Notes: generated from the sequence alone by a model not told the origin. Positions 18,091 to 27,125 are shown, counted from the stretch's first letter. The stretch is 44,333 nucleotides of DNA from Nanobdellota archaeon (GCA_038044985.1 JBBSYY010000013.1:1-44333), one strand, 5' to 3'. Numbers and translations: made by a program.

Positions 18091-18212
18091 ATCACAAAAC
18101 CCTGCGTTTTACCACATACTAAAGTATGTGGTTTGTTTGGGTTTTGAGATTCCCAAAAAATCCACTACAAATAATCCACTATCTAAAGATAGTGGATTTT
18201 TTTAGGATTAAT
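18091..18212 (+). repeat. Nested-hairpin composite element, copy A (modules I + II)
   Basis: ATCACAAAACCC..GGGTTTTGAGA encloses CCACATAC-TAAA-GTATGTGG+TTTGTTT. Next comes AAAAAATCCACT-ACAAATAA-TCCACTATC-TAAA-GATAGTGGATTTTTTT. Confidence 0.9.
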
Positions 18213-18341
18213 AATTATCAGTTAAATTTAAAATGAATAAAGTATAAGAGAGATATAAAAATCAGAAAATAGTAAGAATAAAAAAGTAAGAGATGATGAG
18301 TCTTATAATCAACGTTGACTAACTTTCAAAAATAAAGATAA

Positions 18342-18510
18342 ATCACAAAACCCTGCATTTTACCACATACTAAAGTATGTGGTTTGTTTGGGTTTTGAGA
18401 CTTCAGAATTGAAAATTCTGATAGTGATCAAGAACTTTGTTCTTGACATTCCCAAAAAATCCACTACAAATAAACCACTATCTAAAGATAGTGGATTTTT
18501 TTAGGATTAA
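18342..18510 (+). repeat. Nested-hairpin composite element, copy B (modules I + two type-III hairpins + II)
   Basis: As copy A, plus an inserted middle block TCAGAATT-GAAA-AATTCTGA and TCAAGAAC-TTTG-TTCTTGA. It differs from copy C by one base by eye (CTGCATTT versus CTGCGTTT). Confidence 0.92.
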
Positions 18511-18572
18511 ATAATTTGACGAAATAATCAATTGTTATTTTAGTTGGAGATATAAATATCTTTGAACAAAAA

Positions 18573-19223
18573 ATGAAAACCAAAATATCAGAAATAATGA
18601 ATCTTCTTAAAAATCGTTTTAATCATGAGAGAAAAACTACTTTAAACAGAATGCGTGAAGAAAAAGACCCGTTTAAAATATTGATTGGATGTTTAGTTAG
18701 TATTAACATTAAAGACGAAGTTACCGAAAAAATTTTAAACGAGCTGTTCTCAAAAGTAAATTCTTTTAACGATATTCTTAATATGAATACCCAAGAATTA
18801 GAGAAAATTTTGTATTTAGCAAGATATAGAAAGGTTAAAGCCTCTACTTTAAAATCAGTTTCTAAAGAAATTTTAGAGAGATTTAATGGCGAAGTTCCTA
18901 ACAATAAACTAGATTTGTTAAGTATTAAAGGGATTGGAAATAAAACTGCAAATGTTGTTTTGAATTTTGCATTTAATAAGTCATTTATTCCTGTTGATTC
19001 AAATACAATTAGAATTTCAAATAGATTAGGATGGAGCAATACAAAAAAGCCGGAAGAAGTAGAAAAATTTTTAGTGGAAAATTTAAATGAAGATTTTCTT
19101 AAAGAGGCAAATGCTTTATTTATGCTTCACGGAAAAAAAATTTGCGTTCCTGTCTCGCCATTTTGTAGCCAATGTCCTATTGAAAATCATTGCATGAAAG
19201 TAGAGGTTGAAAAAAGCAGATAA
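18573..19223 (+). CDS. nth: endonuclease III (HhH-GPD DNA glycosylase with a 4Fe-4S cluster)
   Basis: HhH motif LLSIKGIGNKTANVVL. C-terminal cluster CVPVSPFCSQCPIENHC. Confidence 0.88.
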   Translation: MKTKISEIMNLLKNRFNHERKTTLNRMREEKDPFKILIGCLVSINIKDEVTEKILNELFSKVNSFNDILNMNTQELEKILYLARYRKVKASTLKSVSKEILERFNGEVPNNKLDLLSIKGIGNKTANVVLNFAFNKSFIPVDSNTIRISNRLGWSNTKKPEEVEKFLVENLNEDFLKEANALFMLHGKKICVPVSPFCSQCPIENHCMKVEVEKSR

Positions 19224-19342
19224 CCTCTAATTTTGATAATTTTTATCTTTGAGAGTTAACTAACCAGGAATTTATTTGCTAAAATAAAGTTAATCTAAAA
19301 GTAATAATTAATACCAATGTAATAAATAGGCATTTGATAAAA

Positions 19343-19511
19343 ATCACAAAACCCTGCGTTTTACCACATACTAAAGTATGTGGTTTGTTTGGGTTTTGAG
19401 ACTTCAGAATTGAAAATTCTGATAGTGATCAAGAACTTTGTTCTTGACATTCCCAAAAAATCCACTACAAATAAACCACTATCTAAAGATAGTGGATTTT
19501 TTTAGGATTAA
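19343..19511 (+). repeat. Nested-hairpin composite element, copy C
   Basis: A 169-nt direct repeat of copy B (18342-18510). I counted one mismatch. Confidence 0.92.
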
Positions 19512-19545
19512 AATATTGAATTTATGGCAAAATTTTGATAAAAGA

Positions 19546-20928
19546 TTAATTTTTATGGTTATTATTAAAAAATCCATTAAACTTATTTAAGCTATCCATG
19601 GTTATATTCAATGATTTTTTTAATCTAAACTCTTGAACCTCTCTGATTTCTTTTATTTTAGGCATCATTATAGCATAGCTAAAAAATCTCATTAAAGCAG
19701 ATAAAAAAAAGAGGGATAAAAAAGCGCTAAGCCCCAACAACTTAAAATTAGCAGAAAGCAGTAGTCCTCCAACTAATGCTCCTATAAAAATTCCTGCTCC
19801 TTGAAGCACGTTAAAATAAGCAGAGCATAAACTAGTTTTTTCTCTTGTAACAGCGTCATAAATGAAATTTGAATAAGAAAGATTAAATCCTGCCCATAAA
19901 AATCCGGAGAAAAATTCAAGGCTACATAAAAATAAAAATAACATAGAAGATAAAGGATCAAAAAAATAAGTCAGCATCCAGATTAAAGGAATTAGGGGAA
20001 TTAAAAATCCTGTAATTTTTAAAGTTTTTATGCTTCCATATTTATCTGCAAACTTTCCCCATAGTGGCATAAAAAATAAAGTAGATCCAGACCCAATAAT
20101 AACTATTGCTGTCCATTTTATGTAGCTGAAATTAAGATTTTTTAACATGTAAACTGTAAAAAACGGGCCGGCTATATATACTGATAACATAAGAAAGGAA
20201 ATAAATAAACTAAACTTAGCAAAATTGCTTTTTCTAGCTCTTTTTAAAAAATCAAAAAAACTAAAATAATCCGATTTTCTGATTTCTATTTTTGGCTCGT
20301 AATGTGATAGGGATAAAATTCCTGATATAAATCTAAATACAAATGCTGTAAAAAACAAAATGAAAAAACCAATAAAAATTTTATCAGCTTCTAAAGAATC
20401 TAATAATAAACCTGCTAATAAAGAAGATAAAATTGCTATAATTCCTGCAATCATATTTCTTTTCCCAAAATAATCTCCTCTACCACGAACAACAATATCT
20501 TTCATCAAAGAGGTCCATGCAGGAACAACAAAAGCTCCAGCTAAAACAAGCAAGGTATAAAATATGGTTAAAAAAATTAACGATAGAAAAGAGTTAAGTT
20601 TAAATAAAAAAAATAAAGTCCCAGAAAAAATAACTCCAAACCACAATAAAGATTGTATAATAATTCCTATAAATAGTATTTTTTTTCTTTTGTATCTTTC
20701 CATTAATTTTGTAGTATAAATCTGGGATAAATTTCCAATTAAAGAAGGCAGAGAGCTTAGCAACCCAACAAATGTATTAATATGTGGATTGTTTTTTCCA
20801 ATTGCAAGCGCAAAAGGAGTTATGCATCTGATACCTAAACCATCATGAACACTGAAAAAACTAGCTTCTATTATACTTAGCTTTTTAGTCTTCTCTTTTA
20901 ATTCCGCATCACCTATTTTTTTATCCAT
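19546..20928 (-). CDS. MFS-type transporter (about 12 TM segments)
   Basis: 460 aa, almost entirely hydrophobic helices in a 6+6 arrangement with a central basic loop (RKSDYFSFFDFLKRARKS). Confidence 0.7.
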   Translation of the reverse strand: MDKKIGDAELKEKTKKLSIIEASFFSVHDGLGIRCITPFALAIGKNNPHINTFVGLLSSLPSLIGNLSQIYTTKLMERYKRKKILFIGIIIQSLLWFGVIFSGTLFFLFKLNSFLSLIFLTIFYTLLVLAGAFVVPAWTSLMKDIVVRGRGDYFGKRNMIAGIIAILSSLLAGLLLDSLEADKIFIGFFILFFTAFVFRFISGILSLSHYEPKIEIRKSDYFSFFDFLKRARKSNFAKFSLFISFLMLSVYIAGPFFTVYMLKNLNFSYIKWTAIVIIGSGSTLFFMPLWGKFADKYGSIKTLKITGFLIPLIPLIWMLTYFFDPLSSMLFLFLCSLEFFSGFLWAGFNLSYSNFIYDAVTREKTSLCSAYFNVLQGAGIFIGALVGGLLLSANFKLLGLSAFLSLFFLSALMRFFSYAIMMPKIKEIREVQEFRLKKSLNITMDSLNKFNGFFNNNHKN

Positions 20929-21422
20929 ATTAAAACTTATTTAAAAAAATTTAAAGCGATAATAACAAAAAAGTAATATTTTTAAACATTTTGTTTAGAT
21001 GTTTTTATTATAGAGTAGATTTAAGGTAATAACAAATATTTATTTGTTCGATTAAGCTTTTAGAGTTTAATTTGCTATAAAGTTTGTTCAGTTGGTTATA
21101 ATTAGAGCTATGTCAAGTTAAAAGACAATGGCTTCAAATTTATTAACTTATAAATGATAAGGATTTTAATAATTAATAGTTATTGATGATAGATCTTATT
21201 GATAATCATAGGTAATTGGGCAGAGTCAACAGAGTTATAATTAATATTTTTAATAAAAAAAATTACAAAAATTAATTGTTACTCAAAATTAAAGCAACTA
21301 AAATTTGCTACTAGCTGGTTAGTTTTTTCAATAGAAATCTTTATAAACAGAAGTATAACATTAAATATATAGTTTTGAAAAGTAATTTTAAATTACACTT
21401 TTTAAAAATCCCTTCAGATACA

Positions 21423-21689
21423 ATGAAAGATAATTTTGATATATTTTTTAGAAGAAAGCCGGCATTAATGTTGGTAGCTTTAAAGAAAGTGTCTAAAGCA
21501 AGATATGGTTCTTTATTAGCGAAGGAAGTTGATTGTACTTATTCTCATGCAGTTAAGATCTTGCAAACATTAGAAGTTCTTGGCTTAGTTGTTTTTGAGA
21601 AAAAAGGCAGAATAAAATTAATAAAATTGACTAAGAAAGGCGAAGACATTGCAGATGATATTGATTCTATAAGAAGACAGTTGGCTTAA
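21423..21689 (+). CDS. winged-helix DNA-binding protein
   Basis: YGSLLAKEVDCTYSHAVKILQTLEVLGLVVFEKKGRIKLIKLTKKG fits an HTH plus wing. I prefer the ATG at 21423 to the ORF-track TTG at 21375. Confidence 0.6.
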   Translation: MKDNFDIFFRRKPALMLVALKKVSKARYGSLLAKEVDCTYSHAVKILQTLEVLGLVVFEKKGRIKLIKLTKKGEDIADDIDSIRRQLA

Positions 21690-21757
21690 TTTTTTATTTT
21701 AAAATTTAGTCTAGTTAAGAGGTGATTTTTGTTTTTTTAAAAAGAACTTAACAAAAA

Positions 21758-22096
21758 ATGAACCTCCAAGAAATAATACAAAAATTAAATAAAGAATTTA
21801 ATCCAGTTTCCATAGTTTTATATGGTTCTAGAGCAAGAACAGATTTCTTAGATAGAAGCGATTATGAAATCGGTTTATTTTGTTCACAGAATCATCTTGT
21901 TACATGGAACGACATTATACAGGTTGTAAACAAGAGAGGAACTAATATTTATCCATTTGTCTATGAAGATTTTTTAGAAGGAAAATTTGATACGCCGTTT
22001 CAAAAGAGGATTTACGCAAGAGAGATAATTGTTGCAGGAAAAACGCTTTCTGGAAAGAATATACAATCTTTATCCCCTTCAGAAATTAGAATATAA
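21758..22096 (+). CDS. minimal nucleotidyltransferase (MNT-like)
   Basis: LYGSRARTDFLDRSDYEIGLF matches the GS-x(n)-D.[DE] nucleotidyltransferase signature. No HEPN partner is seen adjacent. Confidence 0.7.
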   Translation: MNLQEIIQKLNKEFNPVSIVLYGSRARTDFLDRSDYEIGLFCSQNHLVTWNDIIQVVNKRGTNIYPFVYEDFLEGKFDTPFQKRIYAREIIVAGKTLSGKNIQSLSPSEIRI

Positions 22097-22356
22097 AACT
22101 TAATCTTCCATTTGAGATTGATTTTTCAAAACTTCCTATATAGTTTAAAAATATTAATTGGAATTCCATTGCCGGTCAATGTAAAGATAGAGGTAGGGAT
22201 TAAGGTTTTTATTTGTTAATAAAATTGATAATTTGTAATTCGTAGACTAATCGCGTCACTTTTTCTCGCTAATTATTTTTTAATATTAATAAATAGTTAA
22301 TAAGATACCAGGAAACCACATATTAAATTGTATAAATGATATCATTAGTTGTGTTA

Positions 22357-24306
22357 TCAAAACCCCAAAACTCTTTGAGTCCAGTCACTTCCAAAAGTAT
22401 CTCTTGAAAATTGCCTCATGTTCTCTGCTCCTCTTGAGTTTCTTAAATTATTCTGAACATTATACTGTGTTTGAAAATTTTTAAAATAACTGATATCTTT
22501 TCCTTCATCAAAAACCTTCATCTGTCTTTCTAACTGGAATCTTAAAAATCCTCTAAACCTGCTTCCTTCAGGGCTATTCCAGTAACCAATATCTTTTTGT
22601 TGTACTGCCATTCCTAATGCTAGATTATATGGAATGAATTCCATTGGGCCAGAGACAAGGTCTTGACCACTACCAGTCCATCTTCTAGTTTTAGCCATTT
22701 CAATCCCTACCTCCGCTCCGTTTGTATAGGCAGTTGCTTCATTGAGTATGTAAAGTGGTTCATCCCAATGATTTGCAAAATTTGCTCCTGATACTTTTTC
22801 AATATTTTGTCTGATATAAAGGTCATATTTCCCAATTTTAAAATCACTAGGAAGATAACTATTAATATCTCTCATTAAAATATTTGGTTCTTTTAAAATA
22901 ATGTATTTTCCATCTCCAATATAAAATCCACCATATTTATTGCCATCTCCAGCAATCTTGTTTCTTATGTAAGAATTAATGCCATGAGTTGTTTCATGTG
23001 CTCTTGTTGTAAGCTCTGGATAAGGATTTGAATCCCCAGGAGATTCATGACTCATAATATCATCTAATGTTTTGATTCCTGTATTACTTTTTCTAGTAGG
23101 ACGAAGATATTTAAATTCAATTTGTTCGCTAGGAACAATTTTTCTAGTTTCTCTTGATATTAACACTCTAGCATTTTTAGAAATTAGAGCATTATCTAAA
23201 ACTTTAATATCGCCATATCTTACATTATTCCCATTTTGCACAATATCAATTTTATTTCCTTTTTTTGCTGCCTCATTTGCATAAGTTTGAGCATTTTTAA
23301 ACTCATATAAATTTCCAGAGTTTTTCACAAAATTTCTTTCTCCGCTAACCTCGATTTTTTTCAAAGATTTAAAAACTTCAGTTGTTATATCCTCGCCAAC
23401 AATTTTTATACTCTCGCCATTTTCGTTAAATGCAACATATTGATTATCTTTTAAAATTGGACCTTTTCCTAGTTTATCTACAAAAACCTCTGTTATTTTA
23501 TCAACAGGAGTTATAGCTCTTGCAAATTTATTCCCATTTTCATCTTTAATAAGGACATCCAAGTTTTTTCCTCTGACATAATTATTTCCATTATCTCCTG
23601 GAAGAAAAATTGCAAAACCCTCTTTATCTTTTTCAGCAGCAGTTATCTCCATTCTGCCTAGAGTAATTTTTGCATCGCCTTGAAGTTTAATTCCTTCTGC
23701 TGCTTGTGTAAACTTTCCTGCTATATTCCATTTCAATCCATCAGAAGGCCAATTTGTCCCTTTTATTATTAAATATCCATCTTTATAATCTAAAGTTCCG
23801 TCTTTCATTGCTAGAGTAATAGTTTTTTGAAGCCTTTTTCCGTCTTTTTCGAAAAACTCTTTAAACTTGTAAATAAAAGAATCTTCTTTATCGTCATAAG
23901 ATAATTCTTGAAGACTAGGAGGCAGGTTTTCAGGATCTAAATAGGTTCTTCCATTTGTTAAAACAATTTTATTATCAATATTATTAAATTTTAATTCAGA
24001 AGACCCAAAATTAACTAACTTAATTCTGTATTTTTGTCCTATCAAGTTCTCCATAGCTTTTTGCCTGTTTTGTAGAGATGCTTTGGACCATAACGCATTA
24101 ACTTTATCTGAATCGGCTTTAAGTTCTTGTTTTATCTTATTCCAGTCTAGATACCAAGTTTTTGGGTCGTCTAAACTGAAAACTTTAGGAGCATCACCAA
24201 CTCCAAAATTTGAGGTTTCTTCTGAGATTGTAGTTCTAAAAAAAATTCCTATAATTAAGAACAATAAAACAATAGCTAATAATTTTTCTTTCATTAAATA
24301 CCTCAT
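22357..24306 (-). CDS. large secreted or membrane-anchored protein with a C-terminal HExxH-containing domain
   Basis: N-terminal signal anchor (LLAIVLLFLIIGIFF). About 400 aa of beta-rich Lys/Asn/Gly sequence. Then TRAHETTHGINSY (HExxH). I prefer the ATG at 24306 to the TTG at 24312. Confidence 0.6.
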   Translation of the reverse strand: MRYLMKEKLLAIVLLFLIIGIFFRTTISEETSNFGVGDAPKVFSLDDPKTWYLDWNKIKQELKADSDKVNALWSKASLQNRQKAMENLIGQKYRIKLVNFGSSELKFNNIDNKIVLTNGRTYLDPENLPPSLQELSYDDKEDSFIYKFKEFFEKDGKRLQKTITLAMKDGTLDYKDGYLIIKGTNWPSDGLKWNIAGKFTQAAEGIKLQGDAKITLGRMEITAAEKDKEGFAIFLPGDNGNNYVRGKNLDVLIKDENGNKFARAITPVDKITEVFVDKLGKGPILKDNQYVAFNENGESIKIVGEDITTEVFKSLKKIEVSGERNFVKNSGNLYEFKNAQTYANEAAKKGNKIDIVQNGNNVRYGDIKVLDNALISKNARVLISRETRKIVPSEQIEFKYLRPTRKSNTGIKTLDDIMSHESPGDSNPYPELTTRAHETTHGINSYIRNKIAGDGNKYGGFYIGDGKYIILKEPNILMRDINSYLPSDFKIGKYDLYIRQNIEKVSGANFANHWDEPLYILNEATAYTNGAEVGIEMAKTRRWTGSGQDLVSGPMEFIPYNLALGMAVQQKDIGYWNSPEGSRFRGFLRFQLERQMKVFDEGKDISYFKNFQTQYNVQNNLRNSRGAENMRQFSRDTFGSDWTQRVLGF

Positions 24307-24363
24307 TAACAAATATTTATTAGAATATATAAAATCATTGATATAATAATTTTATGGTTATGT

Positions 24364-24484
24364 TAATCCTAAAAAAATCCACTATCTTTAGATAGTGGTT
24401 TATTTGTAGTGGATTTTTTGGGAATCTCAAAACCCAAACAAACAACATACTTTAGTATGTGGTAAAACGCAGGGTTTTGAGATA
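24364..24484 (-). repeat. Nested-hairpin composite element, copy D (inverted relative to A-C)
   Basis: Reverse complement of the copy A architecture: TAATCCTAAAAAAATCCACTATC-TTTA-GATAGTGG...CTCAAAACCC-AAACAAA-CAACATAC-TTTA-GTATGTGG-TAAAACGCA-GGGTTTTGAGAT. It carries a few substitutions. Confidence 0.88.
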
Positions 24485-24807
24485 TTCAATATCAAATTTA
24501 ATACTCATAAACCTAGCTTCGCTCGGCTACCTTAAGATTGTCTGCTCAGAAGCCTCCTCCTGATCGGCTATTTCGCAGTTATTATATTTTTATTAATAAT
24601 CAATTAATAAGATTATTAGTTCTCAAATATTAAGTTGGACACTTAACTTAACCTCTACCAAATATTTAAATATTCTCTAAATTTTATTAATTATAGTTTA
24701 TTAAAGCTGAAAGAATATCAAGAAGTAACCTAAATTATAGTTATCCGATTAATTTATCTGTTAACAAAAATGAGGCGATTTTACTCTTAATAAAGAAAAC
24801 TTAAAAC

Positions 24808-26097
24808 ATGCTAGACATAAAACTAATTCGAGAAAATCCTAAGCTTGTCAAAGAAAATATTAAAAAAAAGTATCAGAATGAAAAGCTAGTTTTAGTTGAG
24901 CAAATTAGGAAAAAAGACGAAGAGTGGAGAAAATTAAAATATGAATTAGACCAGTTCAGAAAATCAAGAAATGAAATTTCTGAAGAGATTAATAAAGCTA
25001 AGAAAGCAAAAGATGAAAAACTTGCCAATGAGCTAATAAAACAAGCAAAAGAAATTCCAGAGCAAATTAAAAAAACTGAAGAAAAAACTGATTTGTTGGA
25101 AAATGAAATTGAAGAATTAATACTCGTAATTCCAAATATTATCTCTAAGAAAACTCCTATTGGAAAAGACGAGACTAAAAATAAAGTAATAAAAAAAGTC
25201 GGAAAGATAAAAAAAAGAACCTTTAATATTAAAAATCATGTTGAATTAATTGAAGGTTTTGATTTGGGAGATTTTGAAAAGTCTGGGGTAGTCTCTGGAA
25301 AAGGATTTTACTATCTGAAAAATAAACTAGCTTTGTTGAATCAAGCTTTGATTAGATTTGCTATTGATTTTATGAAGAAAAAAAACTTTGAGTATATAGA
25401 AACACCTTTAATGCTAAATGAACATACAATTTATGCTTCAATGGATAAAAAAGCCATTGAGGAATCTGTCTATTCTATCAAAGATGAAGACTTAAATTTA
25501 ATAGGAACTGCAGAGCAATCACTTTTAGCAATGCATTCAAACGACGTGATTCCAGAAAATCAACTTCCCAAAAAATATTTTTCTTATTCAATGTGTTTTA
25601 GAAAGGAAATTGGAAGTCATGGGGTAAATGAAAAAGGCCTTTGGAGAACCCATCAATTTAATAAAATTGAACAGTTTATTTTTTGCAATCCAAAAGATTC
25701 TGAAAAATATTACAATGAACTATTAAAAAACTCTGAGGAAATTTTAAAATTATTACAATTGCCATATAGAGTAGTTGAAATGTGTTCAGGAATGCTTGCT
25801 GACTGGAAACATAGAAGCGCTGATTTAGAGGTTTACAGGCCAACTATTAGAGATTATGGAGAGGTTATGAGTTTAAGCAACTGCGTTGATTATCAGGCTA
25901 GAAAATTAAATATTAAACTAATAGATAAACATGGCAATAGAAAAACTATTCATACTTTGAATAATACCGCTTTAGCTACTTCAAGAATAATGGTTGCTAT
26001 TTTAGAAAACTTCCAGACAAAAAATAGTATTAAAATTCCCAAAGTTCTTTGGAAATATACAGGGTTTAAAGAGATAAAATTGAGAAAAAATAAATAG
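24808..26097 (+). CDS. serS: seryl-tRNA synthetase
   Basis: N-terminal coiled-coil arm beginning MLDIKLIRENP. Class II motif 2 FRKEIGSHGVNEKGLWRTHQFNKIEQF. Motif 3 region NNTALATSRIMVAILEN. Confidence 0.92.
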   Translation: MLDIKLIRENPKLVKENIKKKYQNEKLVLVEQIRKKDEEWRKLKYELDQFRKSRNEISEEINKAKKAKDEKLANELIKQAKEIPEQIKKTEEKTDLLENEIEELILVIPNIISKKTPIGKDETKNKVIKKVGKIKKRTFNIKNHVELIEGFDLGDFEKSGVVSGKGFYYLKNKLALLNQALIRFAIDFMKKKNFEYIETPLMLNEHTIYASMDKKAIEESVYSIKDEDLNLIGTAEQSLLAMHSNDVIPENQLPKKYFSYSMCFRKEIGSHGVNEKGLWRTHQFNKIEQFIFCNPKDSEKYYNELLKNSEEILKLLQLPYRVVEMCSGMLADWKHRSADLEVYRPTIRDYGEVMSLSNCVDYQARKLNIKLIDKHGNRKTIHTLNNTALATSRIMVAILENFQTKNSIKIPKVLWKYTGFKEIKLRKNK

Positions 26098-26120
26098 GCA
26101 AAACTCTTAAAAATCAATTC

Positions 26121-26426
26121 TTGAATAGAAACATGTATTTACAAAAACAACCGAAGCACAACAGAAGATTTGTAAAAAAATTAATTATCTTATCAATAAT
26201 AGTTTATATTTTAAATATATTACTTATCTTGCAGTTAATTCCTGTTTTAGAAAGTCAAACATTTGGAGCTAAAACAATTAATTTATTAGTCTCTCCCCCA
26301 AATTTTATTTTTGAGGATTTACTGGGAATAAGCAGTGTAAAAATTATAGACTATCTTACTTGGATTTTGCAGTTTTTTTATGATTTTTTGATTGTTTTAA
26401 TATTATTAAAATTGTTTAGAAAATAA
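26121..26426 (+). CDS. hypothetical small membrane protein
   Basis: Two hydrophobic segments. The ORF-track start is a TTG, and an ATG lies at 26133. Confidence 0.4.
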   Translation: MNRNMYLQKQPKHNRRFVKKLIILSIIVYILNILLILQLIPVLESQTFGAKTINLLVSPPNFIFEDLLGISSVKIIDYLTWILQFFYDFLIVLILLKLFRK

Positions 26427-26505
26427 CTGATAATCTCTAATCTCGCTATTTTAACTACCTCGCTTTCATAAACTAGATAAACTTGTGTTTATACAGGTCA
26501 GAAAA

Positions 26506-26769
26506 TTATTTTGGTTTTCTGAACTCTTCTCTATATTTATCTAAATCTTTTTGGATTTTAGAAATAGTGTCTTGTAACGCCTTTTTTGCACTTTTACCTT
26601 CTGTTTTAACTTTTAATATTAAGGGCTTTGAATAGTGTTCTTTTTTCCACGCCCCTATTTTTACACTATCATCTTTATTCAAGTAAACTCTAACTATCTC
26701 TGCAACCGTTTGATTATCAACGCTTAATTCTAAATCATTTTTTTCTTTTTTAAGAATTTTTATTTCCAT
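26506..26769 (-). CDS. rpoL: DNA-directed RNA polymerase subunit L (Rpo11)
   Basis: The size and the pattern MEIKILKKEKNDLELSVDN...HYSKPLILKVKTEG..AKKAL fit RpoL. Confidence 0.7.
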   Translation of the reverse strand: MEIKILKKEKNDLELSVDNQTVAEIVRVYLNKDDSVKIGAWKKEHYSKPLILKVKTEGKSAKKALQDTISKIQKDLDKYREEFRKPK

Positions 26770-26885
26770 AATCTAAAACAACCCAAGGTTTTCTTTATTC
26801 GCAATCCTGCTTGATATTTATTTTCAATTGCATCATAAATATCTACTAATAACTCAAGAAAAACAGGGTTTTTAAAAGTTTAGTT

Positions 26886-27125
26886 TTAAAGATAAAGTTG
26901 AATTAATCCCCTAGAATTTATTATGGCCTCTCTTTCCAAAGTCGATGCCGTTAAAATTTCAAGTGCCACATATATTTTTCCATCAGTAACCGGGTCTTGA
27001 TTTTCTATTGCAGATTTTAACGCTTCTTTTAAATTAGCATAAACTTCTTGATAATTTTTAGCACCTTTAGAATAAAGAGGAATAAAATCTTTAAACTCAA
27101 AGAAATCTCCTACTCCCAAAAGCAA
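26886..27125 (-). pseudogene. HicB/UPF0150-like ORF without an ATG; its 5' end is buried in a repeat element
   Basis: 79 codons stop-free, including KGAKNYQEVYANLKEALKSAIEN (HicB-like helix). The only start is a TTG inside the AAAAGCAATTT arm, with a stop 2 codons upstream. Confidence 0.4.

Noticed and set aside
18091-18212. I asked whether the CCACT/AGTGG-containing hairpins are origin recognition boxes (a replication origin).
   Set aside because: The elements are dispersed over 12 loci rather than clustered around one AT-rich unwinding region. No orc1/cdc6 gene is nearby. The resemblance to ORB cores is limited to a few bases.
18401-18450. I considered a C/D-box sRNA in the middle block of copies B and C, which contains CTGA and GTGATCA.
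   Set aside because: GTGATCA does not match the C box RUGAUGA. There is no properly spaced C/D'/C'/D arrangement or terminal stem. The block is simply two type-III hairpins.
24512-24578. A locally GC-richer island (CCTAGCTTCGCTCGGCTACCTTAAGATTGTCTGCTCAGAAGCCTCCTCCTGATCGGCTATTTCGCAG) upstream of serS. I considered an sRNA or an rRNA fragment.
   Set aside because: I found no convincing fold, tRNA-like arms or coding frame, and only a vague resemblance to a 23S segment. It remains unexplained. A covariance-model (Rfam) scan would be needed before any call.
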